IMG/VR virus record: IMGVR_UViG_3300022209_000010
Location: 1 to 31,682 of that record
Strand: one strand, 5' to 3'
Origin: a virus
Taxonomy: Duplodnaviria > Caudoviricetes
DNA length: 31,682 nt
The notes under the pieces: generated by a model
What the model saw: only the letters and a program-made list of their open reading frames with translations
What the model was told of the DNA's origin: nothing
Databases searched by the model: none
Shown here: piece after piece, positions 17,601 to 24,383 of the stretch
Position numbering within the stretch: the stretch's first letter is position 1
Layout of the letters: the number at the start of each line of letters is the position of its first letter
Translations under genes and position numbers: made by a program

Positions 17601-18213
17601 CAGTACACGTTCCGGTCGCGCCGCTCGTTACATCCTTGGTGGCCCACATGCCGGACGCATCGGAAGCGCCACTACCCGACTGTTGGCTGTCTCCGAGCGT
17701 CCAGCCCGTGCCGCTTACAGTAAAGGCATGGCCGTCCCCACCGTCGAACGCCCCCACCGTAAAAGCAAGGCGATCATTGGCGGCAACGGTAAACCCGGTT
17801 ACGGCGTGGCTGGTGCCAACTGCGTTATATTCCGTACCGGGGCCGTTGGCATCCATGGGAGTCGTGTCGTCGTTCCCCTGGATATGGATATACCAGCCGT
17901 ATAGTTCGTTGGTTGTGTCACAGGTAACGCCCTGCGTCGCCCCCTCGGTGCCGTCCGCAATGCGCCAGTATACGGCCATCGCGACATCGGTGGTATTGTC
18001 GCCTATCTGGAATTCGCGGGTCCAGCCGGTAACGGCATTCCACTCACCGGCAAGGGGGTTTGCGTCATCACTGCCGACAATAATCAACAACAGATCGCCG
18101 TTGTCGATGGTGGCGTCCGTCGGCTTGGTCAGCGTGATAAGGGACTCGACGTTGCCACCACTGTCGTTGACGGTCCAGGCGGCACCAGAGGCGGCAATGA
18201 AGGGAACAGCCAT
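14665..18213 (-). CDS. 1182-aa Ala/Thr-rich repeat fibre protein with LamG/ConA-like insert
   Basis: About 30 repeats of ~20-23 aa, consensus (F)RTL(A/S)ATATG(V/A)ATL; SWSFWIR...WHHVCG...YIDG LamG-like motifs at ~16480-17200; basic C-terminal tail. Confidence 0.8.
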   Translation of the reverse strand: MAVPFIAASGAAWTVNDSGGNVESLITLTKPTDATIDNGDLLLIIVGSDDANPLAGEWNAVTGWTREFQIGDNTTDVAMAVYWRIADGTEGATQGVTCDTTNELYGWYIHIQGNDDTTPMDANGPGTEYNAVGTSHAVTGFTVAANDRLAFTVGAFDGGDGHAFTVSGTGWTLGDSQQSGSGASDASGMWATKDVTSGATGTCTVTSAVTDGLAGIQFAIASAAGGPTEETLAATATVAATLARRASLFRTLAATATGAATLAFSQAFSSITNAATATGAATLNTAAALVNRTLSAAATGVATLIEDLGATLTELTLAATAAVTATLNRAALFFRTLKPASEGTAPAVDFDGAAGSGFDDSGSNAGLTDGKELSWSFWIRRDTTGTPTILSSSRKAMVLQTTDRVDFLFQNAAGGVVYRWISANNAVPTEDVWHHVCGWVNTAATDDYDNYIDGVQDSTVATTFVLDGIFRNQDVGSAIGQNWTTGASNLDGGLSQLALWERKIDWSNSSTIELVRTSDGKAVVLPDDGDIDSGGAAAYVFNKDEANAHTNDGTANDWAEGVGTSDTTGPATAAGGSRIVTTLNIRQDIRFAATAIGAAVLAFQKFVNRVLGATATGTATLLRLASVSRALSAVSTGVATIIKRAAFSRIISAAATGIATLIEQLISALTEITLAATATVVAVLERRLRAGRTLAVTATGSATLLIQGLFRRVMSATATVTATVNKRWLALRTLSTTATGAAVLAFSQAFTQVVLSATTAVTATLARRWRAFRAFAATVTATATMIADQLGATQITLAATAAAVATLNKLGLFFRTVSATATGVATALKNFSTVTLPAAATGLVTLIAEDLAATLVTLAATATGVATLARQRIAPRIVSAVATGVVTITNAFPFSARVFSAIATVIATEKNSPHAVFLTTQVGSGHYGLIGGEDNFQKGDWELINGGAYEQIGPSRAFLLRGFFKTLAAAATGIATLVQGIPVYLRTLAATATGVATLARRALFRKVFIAVSTGIATLFRRATYVRLFSATATGIATLIELLISALTEITLAATATGVATIQRLVTAFRTLAVTATGAATLLLSRAFTSIALVATSTASATLARVALLFKTLAATATGVATLVRELVVPLTDVVLTATSTAVATIQSLYQQFVQAFTGHGGLGLGDKLGRWRRRRGTWKRRK

Positions 18214-18261
18214 TAGCCATCCCCCTCTATGCTATGGCAGAAAGTTAATAGGGCATACACA

Positions 18262-18642
18262 TTAGGTTTGCTGCAACCGGAACGTATACCTGATCTGGTC
18301 GTCGGTCGCCGCTGCAACGGTGGTATGTGTACCGCGAATGAGCATCTTGGATGCCGTTCCGGTCGAATCCCAAAACAAGGCCGCTTCCTCGACACTGAAG
18401 CCGGAACCCCGGTTGATCGTTACCGTGCCGATCCACTCGGCAGTATCGGAAGCGCCCGCCTGCTCTCCAGTGGATGTCGCGATAACCGTGCCCTCGGTCG
18501 CCCGGTTCTCAAGATCGAGATCGGACGCCGCCTCGGTGGTCGTGCCGGAACCGAAGCCAATCGCCCATACGGTAGCGGTGGTCCCGGCAACCAGCAGGTC
18601 CGTTAAGAAGAACGCCCCAGATGTTGTAAACACCGCTGCCAT
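18262..18642 (-). CDS. putative virion structural protein
   Basis: GGAGG RBS; IGFGSGTT....D..L..R and EAALF patterns typical of small fibre-associated phage proteins. Confidence 0.7.
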   Translation of the reverse strand: MAAVFTTSGAFFLTDLLVAGTTATVWAIGFGSGTTTEAASDLDLENRATEGTVIATSTGEQAGASDTAEWIGTVTINRGSGFSVEEAALFWDSTGTASKMLIRGTHTTVAAATDDQIRYTFRLQQT

Positions 18643-18776
18643 GTCAACTTTCCTCCAAAGAACAATTTAATTGCGTGCCACTTGTTGATGGGGATTTCTT
18701 CCCACGTATCGGACCCGCGTCGTTTGTGCTGCACTCGCGTAAGTTTTCCTACAAACTTACTTTTCGCACGGATCAT
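18603..18776 (-). CDS. small basic hypothetical protein, 57 aa (MIRAKSKFVGKLTRVQHKRRGSDTWEEIP...), not in ORF track
   Basis: ATGA overlap with upstream stop at 18773-18776; fills an otherwise empty gap. Confidence 0.55.
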   Translation of the reverse strand: MIRAKSKFVGKLTRVQHKRRGSDTWEEIPINKWHAIKLFFGGKLTWQRCLQHLGRSS

Positions 18777-19183
18777 AACACACCAGCCGCCTTCAGTTCA
18801 CTTCGCAACTCTTCCTCGCCCTTCTGAAAGGCGTTGACGCCATGTTCCTTGGCAAGCTGTTGAAGTTGCCGGAAATTGGGTTCCGCTTTCTTCGCGTAGG
18901 ACTGCCAGTCAACATGCGGTTCATCCGCCGACCGGGACGCCTTCACAAGAAACTCGGGGCGCTTCGGCTGTTGCTGGAAGATACCCGCCGACTCCGCTGC
19001 GAGCATGGCAGGCAGAACTTCGGGTTTTGTCCCGTCCGTCTTGATTTCCACATCAAAAGCATACGCCAGATCGCGTAGCTGCTGAAGCCGCAGGCCGTTG
19101 AGTACGCTAGCCGTGTATATCGGCTGACCCGGCAACTGCGGCGGAGCTACCGTTCGCTCTGGGAACACGTCGCTGAACTGCAT
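18773..19183 (-). CDS. hypothetical protein with two helix-extended-helix (Rho-N/SAP-like) motifs
   Basis: QQLRDLAYAFDVEI....K and RQLQQLAKEHGVN....EELR motifs; GAAGGA RBS-like sequence. Confidence 0.65.
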   Translation of the reverse strand: MQFSDVFPERTVAPPQLPGQPIYTASVLNGLRLQQLRDLAYAFDVEIKTDGTKPEVLPAMLAAESAGIFQQQPKRPEFLVKASRSADEPHVDWQSYAKKAEPNFRQLQQLAKEHGVNAFQKGEEELRSELKAAGVL

Positions 19184-19952
19184 CTTTCTTTTCCTTCGGG
19201 CTAGAGTCTTCGGGTTCGTATTCCGCTACAACCTCGCCGGATTCCTCGGTGACAACCTCTTTCTTGGTTGCCTTCTCGGGCGGTGTCGTGCCGAGCGTCG
19301 TCGGGTCGTACTTGGACCCATCGGGCAGGTTGATGATCGGCTGTTCCGAGTATCCGTAAATACCCTTACCAACCTCAACCGCGTCAAACAGGCTGGTTGC
19401 TTCAGGCAGGACAATCGACATGCCGGAAGCAGACGCAAGCGCCATCCATGCTTCTGTGCAGCCTCTCCCGCCCTCCGCGTAATTGCGGTTTGGATAGGTG
19501 AAGTCGCAACCGTACATCTTCAGGGTTTTGACGCCCTTCCAGATTGCATACGCAACCGCCATCGCCACGCCGTTGTTGAAATACGGCTTGCCGAAGATCG
19601 GCATACTCAGCGCCGTAACCTCGTCAATCGGATAATCGTAACTGTTGGGAACGACGCCCCGCGTTGCATTGGTCGTCAGAACCGGCGTGCCGTATGACCG
19701 CAAGGCCGCAAACAAACCCGGCTTGAAGTCTTCCTGCTCTGCAAGATTGTCCATCCAGATAACCACATCATGACGGATAACATTCGCCGCCATGTTGATC
19801 GCCCATACCTCGTCGCAATGGCTGGGCTGGTATTCCTGGGTAAGCGTTTCCGTGAGATAGCTGGTAATCGACGGCCCCATACCAATCAAGGCCACCGTCC
19901 CGCCGCCGCGCTCCACCTTGGGGTGGTGCTTTAGTAGTCTTTTTTTAGCCAT
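19107..19952 (-). CDS. putative sialyltransferase-fold glycosyltransferase (GT42/CstII-, Maf/DUF115-like)
   Basis: VALIGMGPS ... VWAIN ... NGVAMAVAYAIWKGVKTLKMYGCDF mirrors the GNGPS ... N ... SG..M...A...GYKEIYL.GIDF signature; GAGGA RBS. Confidence 0.65.
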   Translation of the reverse strand: MAKKRLLKHHPKVERGGGTVALIGMGPSITSYLTETLTQEYQPSHCDEVWAINMAANVIRHDVVIWMDNLAEQEDFKPGLFAALRSYGTPVLTTNATRGVVPNSYDYPIDEVTALSMPIFGKPYFNNGVAMAVAYAIWKGVKTLKMYGCDFTYPNRNYAEGGRGCTEAWMALASASGMSIVLPEATSLFDAVEVGKGIYGYSEQPIINLPDGSKYDPTTLGTTPPEKATKKEVVTEESGEVVAEYEPEDSSPKEKKDAVQRRVPRANGSSAAVAGSADIHG

Positions 19953-19961
19953 TCAATCCTC

Positions 19962-19997
19962 AAAAAAACGGCGGGGACCAGGGAGCCAGCCCCCGCC
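19962..19997 (-). terminator. intrinsic terminator after capsid/decoration genes
   Basis: Minus strand GGCGGGG-GCTGGCTCCCTGGT-CCCCGCC-GTTTTTTT. Confidence 0.85.
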
Positions 19998-20011
19998 AAG
20001 TTTACGGCGGG

Positions 20012-20392
20012 CTATGCAGAGCCGGTGGCCGTTGCCACCGTGGCACCCGTATTCTCTTCCAGGCTCCAAACACCGTTGAACTGCCGCAAACGAACAATGT
20101 CCGTCGCAGCGGCGAAAATCAGCATTCCGGTAGAAGTCCCGGTTAGCACCAAACTCGCGGTGCCGGTGGCCGTCGCCTGGACGATCAACGTGCGATTTTC
20201 ATAATTGCTGTCAGTCGCCAGAAGATAACGGTTCACACCAACCGTTGCCGCCGTTGACATGCCCAGATTATGAACATCATACGTCGGGTCCAGCGATTGA
20301 AGCGCCGTGGCCGTGTTCCCGGTATAACTTTTTACCGAGCGCGGCTGACCTTCCGAAACCTGAGTACCTGCGCCTACTACTGTTACAGTCAT
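20012..20392 (-). CDS. putative capsid decoration protein
   Basis: Start reassigned to MTVTVVGAG (GGAGG RBS); Thr/Ala/Gly-rich; directly after MCP and before the terminator. Confidence 0.7.
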   Translation of the reverse strand: MTVTVVGAGTQVSEGQPRSVKSYTGNTATALQSLDPTYDVHNLGMSTAATVGVNRYLLATDSNYENRTLIVQATATGTASLVLTGTSTGMLIFAAATDIVRLRQFNGVWSLEENTGATVATATGSA

Positions 20393-20394
20393 GA

Positions 20395-21474
20395 TTATGC
20401 CTCCAACTTGCTTGCAGTATGGCGGATGACCCGGACCCAAGCGCTGTTGAGAATCAACCCGGTGTGCCAGGACTTCCAGCCCATCGTGCTGATTTCGTTG
20501 AACGGATCGGCGGAACCGGCTGAACCCTTGGAATGATTAATCATCATCACGCCAGGAAGACGGTCGCCCGCCTGATAGATTTCCTTGGTGTGGTTCATCC
20601 CAAAGCCGAGACTGCCAACCGCTTCCTGACCGAGAATGACGGTGTTGTAAACGTCATACTGGGTCGCGGACCCGGTTGTCCGGCCCGCAGCGGTCGAAGT
20701 GCCGGTGATGGACTGCCCTGCGGTCGAGTCGATGCTTGCCTCGGTGGTGGAGACGAAGCGGACGTTACCAACCGCACCAAACTCGCCGTTGGCGATAGAG
20801 GTCTGCCCGGCATACTGCTCAACAGGCTGGAAGCCCGTCAAAAGCCGGATATCCTCTTCCACATCGACGTGACAGATACCCCAGTAGGCGGGCCTGATCG
20901 GCGTGGTGTTGGTATTCGCAGAGCCGGTTGTCATCGGCGTGAACATCATCGCGATATTGCGATTCAGCGCATTACCGGCCACGGTGATGTCGGACCGCGT
21001 GATCCCCGCCCCGGCAATTCCGGTCGCCGTGGTCGCGGCCCCGCCGAAGATAGCGGTGGCGTTGTCTTCCATGACGTTGCGTTGCAGGCGGTTCAGCGAT
21101 TGACCGGCGTTAATGCCGAGAACTTCAGCGAGCTTGTTTGTCTGGCCGTTGAAGTTAACGAGGTCAACTTCTTCGTTCAGATAAATGAACACACCGAATT
21201 TCTGGACGGTCGCGGTCAGATCGGTAACGGTCGGCTGTGTGCCTTGCCGTGTCGGGAAGTTAAGCGATCCCGTCAATTCCGCGAGAGGCGTTGTCGTCGG
21301 GGTCAGGTTCTCGATCCGTCGCCACTTGGCTGTAAATGTTCCCTGATGTTCCGCTATCGTCGCCGGAACCGAACCGACGAAATGCGGGCACCGTGCCTTC
21401 GCGTTGCGAAGCAAGGTCATCTGGAATTTAACATCTACCGGACCAGCAATCTCCGTTGTCGTGGTAATCGGCAT
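20395..21474 (-). CDS. major capsid protein (N4-gp56-like family)
   Basis: 359 aa after scaffold; motifs TPL.E, CH.D...DIR.L.GF.PVEQY, GEFGAV.NVRFV, GSADP.N....GWK. Confidence 0.9.
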   Translation of the reverse strand: MPITTTTEIAGPVDVKFQMTLLRNAKARCPHFVGSVPATIAEHQGTFTAKWRRIENLTPTTTPLAELTGSLNFPTRQGTQPTVTDLTATVQKFGVFIYLNEEVDLVNFNGQTNKLAEVLGINAGQSLNRLQRNVMEDNATAIFGGAATTATGIAGAGITRSDITVAGNALNRNIAMMFTPMTTGSANTNTTPIRPAYWGICHVDVEEDIRLLTGFQPVEQYAGQTSIANGEFGAVGNVRFVSTTEASIDSTAGQSITGTSTAAGRTTGSATQYDVYNTVILGQEAVGSLGFGMNHTKEIYQAGDRLPGVMMINHSKGSAGSADPFNEISTMGWKSWHTGLILNSAWVRVIRHTASKLEA

Positions 21475-21489
21475 AAGAGTTCTCCGGGG

Positions 21490-22092
21490 TTACGGTGCCT
21501 TGGCTATCTCTTCCTCAAGGAAGTTCTGCCATTCGGCATCGGACATTTTGGCCATTTTCGCGACACTCGGCCCCGTTTCGTCTTGTACCGATGAACCGGG
21601 ACTGCTGTCTTGAACCGCAGCCTTCGCTGCCTCGATGTCATCGCGGTCCCCGGTCTGCAAAGGAATATCCTTTATTTCTTCGGCAAGAGCGGTTTTCGCC
21701 TGATTCAAAGCAGCTTCCCATGCTCTGGGATTCTGGGCCTTGGTCTGGAAAGCCTTGTCAAACTCGGGATTGTCGAAGGCATAAGCGACAAGCATTCGTC
21801 GCGTTAAGGTCTTCGGCAAAGCCTTGAATGAATCGTCCGCCCCGATTGTCTCCACCGCGTCATTAACGTCCTTCTCGAAGGACTCCTTCTGACGGGTTGC
21901 CATCTCGGCTTCCGCAAAGCGGATCACCGGGTCAAGCCTGGATAGATCGGTCTGTGGAGTCACGGCTTTCGGCTTGGTGCCTTCCTCATATTGCTCTAAC
22001 AGCGATGTGAGGTCCGAGTCCCCGGAAGTGTCTGACTCTTGATGCTCTAAAGCACCTTCGCCAGCGTTCGCCAGTTCGGTATCAGGTTCCAT
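21490..22092 (-). CDS. capsid scaffolding protein
   Basis: Acidic helical 200 aa directly upstream of MCP; C-terminal KMSDAEW helix. Confidence 0.7.
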   Translation of the reverse strand: MEPDTELANAGEGALEHQESDTSGDSDLTSLLEQYEEGTKPKAVTPQTDLSRLDPVIRFAEAEMATRQKESFEKDVNDAVETIGADDSFKALPKTLTRRMLVAYAFDNPEFDKAFQTKAQNPRAWEAALNQAKTALAEEIKDIPLQTGDRDDIEAAKAAVQDSSPGSSVQDETGPSVAKMAKMSDAEWQNFLEEEIAKAP

Positions 22093-22124
22093 GCTTCAAG
22101 AAGTAAACGAAATAAAAATTTACT

Positions 22125-22358
22125 TCAAATCGTCGAATCTCCGACAGGAGACTTCAGCAGAAAATCTATAATCCTCCGCTCACCTTCAATAACGCCGCTC
22201 AAATAGACGTAGCGGCTGGTTTGCTCATCCAAAGGCTTGCTCTGGTTGTAGCTGGGCAAGGATGTCCTCGGTAGCGCCCTCAACATCTCCGGGAACGCCG
22301 GGTTCTGCCGAAGGTTGGCCAGCACCGCCCTGTGTGCCGCCGATAAATCTGCTGGCAT
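22125..22358 (-). CDS. small hypothetical protein between portal and scaffold
   Basis: GGAGG RBS before ATG at 22358 (MPADLS); overlaps portal 3' end by 134 nt. Confidence 0.6.
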   Translation of the reverse strand: MPADLSAAHRAVLANLRQNPAFPEMLRALPRTSLPSYNQSKPLDEQTSRYVYLSGVIEGERRIIDFLLKSPVGDSTI

Positions 22359-24111
22359 TCTGAATGCCTCCAAGTTTGTACGCCTCTTCCGCTATTTCCT
22401 CGAAAGATACCTCGAACGGCTTGCCCATCTGCGCCGCCTGTGCCGCCATCTGAATGACGAACTGCGAGGCCGACAGGAAGTTGCCCGCCCGCTCCCTTTC
22501 GTTCAACACGCCAGCGGAACCGTGGACGTTGAAGATAATATTGTCCGGCAGATCGGCGGCGGTCAGGTTAACCCAGCCCTCAATACCGCCTGCATTCACG
22601 GAAATCGCCTGCTTGCTTTTCATCACGCTTTTGATGATCTCCCATTCCATGTAAAGAATGGTGGTCAGCGGGCCTTGCTCCACGGCAGTTACGAAATCGT
22701 CCGTCCGGGCGATACCCCGAGAGGCTTCCAGTTCCACGCCTCCCGTCGTGGTGTGGGATTTAACCGGCGCACCGCGTCTCGCGTCATTCGCGCCCGTCAC
22801 GTCTTCATACAACTTCAACATCATCGCCAGGGCACCCGACGCCTCCGCCATGTTGCCGATATCCAGCGTTTCCACCGCATTCGGGCTATCGGCGGGAATC
22901 ATGGCTCCGGGGAACAGTTCCGGGCCTCCCGTCGCGGCGAAATTGGGGTCGTGCCGGTCGTAGGTAGCGGCAGGCTGGCTTGCGAACCGGCTTGCGGCGA
23001 GAAGATCGTTCATGATCGCCGTGCCCGCTTCCTGCAACGGCTGGCCCTTCATCAAGGGCGATGCCCCGTAAGGCGAATCCACCTTGTCCCGCATATAGTT
23101 ACCAACAACGTAGGAACGGAACGGCACGGGATTCTCGCGCATCCTGATAACCCGCACCAATCCTTGCCCTACCGCGATGGTAATCAGGAAGTTCGGGAGG
23201 TAAATACTGCCGCTGCTCTTGGGAATGACGAAATCGCCCTCGCCCTCGATCAACCGGACCATCCGGTTCGCGCTCTCGGGGATCATGTCGTTGATCTGCT
23301 TGGGCATCCAGCCGCGCTCTTTCCCGCCGCGCTTCGCCGCAAGCAAGAGGCTGTCAAGCCGCTGCCACGACGCCCTCAGCGTAAGCGGGGCGATCATAAC
23401 GCCCTCATGGGCACCTGTCGGGTTGATTTCCAGATAGGTATCCCGGATCGAACACGGGATAACGGCCGGACCCTCCATGCCGTCGTTCTTGTTGCCCCGG
23501 AAGTCCATCGTGAACTTGGACGTTTTGACCGGGCGGACACGAACGACGCCCGTTCCGTACTTAATCATCTCCGCGTCGAACAGGTCCATCTGCGTTCTGA
23601 AATCATATTGACGGTGATAATGGTCCATCGTCACCTTGCTCAGGACGTTCGCCGTCTCCTGGTCCAGATCGACTTGCTGCGCCAGCCCTTTAGCCGAAAG
23701 CCCCCCAGGAAGCTCGACATCCTCGGCGTCCGTGAAGCCGCCCCCGGTCAGAAGCGCGGATTTCTCGCGTTGAGTCTGCCATCGCTTCGCATATGCGTCA
23801 TTCAGGTCTGCGGAGACGGAAAACCATTCCGTTCCACGGGGAAACTTCAGACGCCGCGTATCCGCACCGATGACCTCCAGCGCGTTGAATTGCAAGGGGA
23901 GTTCCGTATCCGGATACCAGTCCTTCGCCGTACCGGACCGGATATCGCGGGTCACGGGCGTCATAGATATCTGGCGGTCGATTTCGCCCCACAACTCTTC
24001 AAGGCTCTTGCGCTTCGTTTTCCGCCGCTCAAACTCCGCGTTAACGTAATCGCCGAGCGTGGCCAGATCGTTCTTGTTAAACCTGCGCTTTTCCTCGACC
24101 TTTTCGGGCAT
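22225..24111 (-). CDS. portal (head-tail connector) protein
   Basis: 628 aa after terminase; IKYGTGV, PF.........SPYG.SP and EDVTG motifs of podovirus portals. Confidence 0.85.
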   Translation of the reverse strand: MPEKVEEKRRFNKNDLATLGDYVNAEFERRKTKRKSLEELWGEIDRQISMTPVTRDIRSGTAKDWYPDTELPLQFNALEVIGADTRRLKFPRGTEWFSVSADLNDAYAKRWQTQREKSALLTGGGFTDAEDVELPGGLSAKGLAQQVDLDQETANVLSKVTMDHYHRQYDFRTQMDLFDAEMIKYGTGVVRVRPVKTSKFTMDFRGNKNDGMEGPAVIPCSIRDTYLEINPTGAHEGVMIAPLTLRASWQRLDSLLLAAKRGGKERGWMPKQINDMIPESANRMVRLIEGEGDFVIPKSSGSIYLPNFLITIAVGQGLVRVIRMRENPVPFRSYVVGNYMRDKVDSPYGASPLMKGQPLQEAGTAIMNDLLAASRFASQPAATYDRHDPNFAATGGPELFPGAMIPADSPNAVETLDIGNMAEASGALAMMLKLYEDVTGANDARRGAPVKSHTTTGGVELEASRGIARTDDFVTAVEQGPLTTILYMEWEIIKSVMKSKQAISVNAGGIEGWVNLTAADLPDNIIFNVHGSAGVLNERERAGNFLSASQFVIQMAAQAAQMGKPFEVSFEEIAEEAYKLGGIQNASRFIGGTQGGAGQPSAEPGVPGDVEGATEDILAQLQPEQAFG

Positions 24112-24383
24112 CAGATCAGACCTTTCTCATCCAGGAGTTCCATCAAGCCCGAAGCGTCATTGATTAATACCTGCCGGACATCTTCCAACGACGTGTCTTC
24201 CTTAAACTCAATGTCGCGCGCCTTGTCGCGATATCCCCAAAGGCCGACGATATTCCCGTCAGCGTTGGTTCCGTGTGCAAGATAGATTATTCCGAAATCT
24301 CCTTCCACTCGCTCCATTCGCAGGCGGTCCGTGATGATATTCCGGGCGATCCTCTCCAGACGGGCGAGGCTTATGTCCTCCAT
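24111..24383 (-). CDS. hypothetical protein between terminase and portal
   Basis: Overlaps terL stop; TGATG coupling with portal. Confidence 0.7.
   Translation of the reverse strand: MEDISLARLERIARNIITDRLRMERVEGDFGIIYLAHGTNADGNIVGLWGYRDKARDIEFKEDTSLEDVRQVLINDASGLMELLDEKGLI

Noticed and set aside
14665-18213. Repeats considered as CRISPR array or DGR template/variable repeats
   Set aside because: Repeats are degenerate at DNA level and conserved only as peptide; no reverse transcriptase, cas gene or adenine-specific repeat pair seen
20533-21594. 353-aa plus-strand ORF antisense to the major capsid gene
   Set aside because: Same codon-bias shadow effect; Arg/Gly/His-rich composition without motifs
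22315-24285. 656-aa plus-strand ORF antisense to the portal
   Set aside because: In-register antisense shadow of a GC3-rich gene; no recognisable motifs
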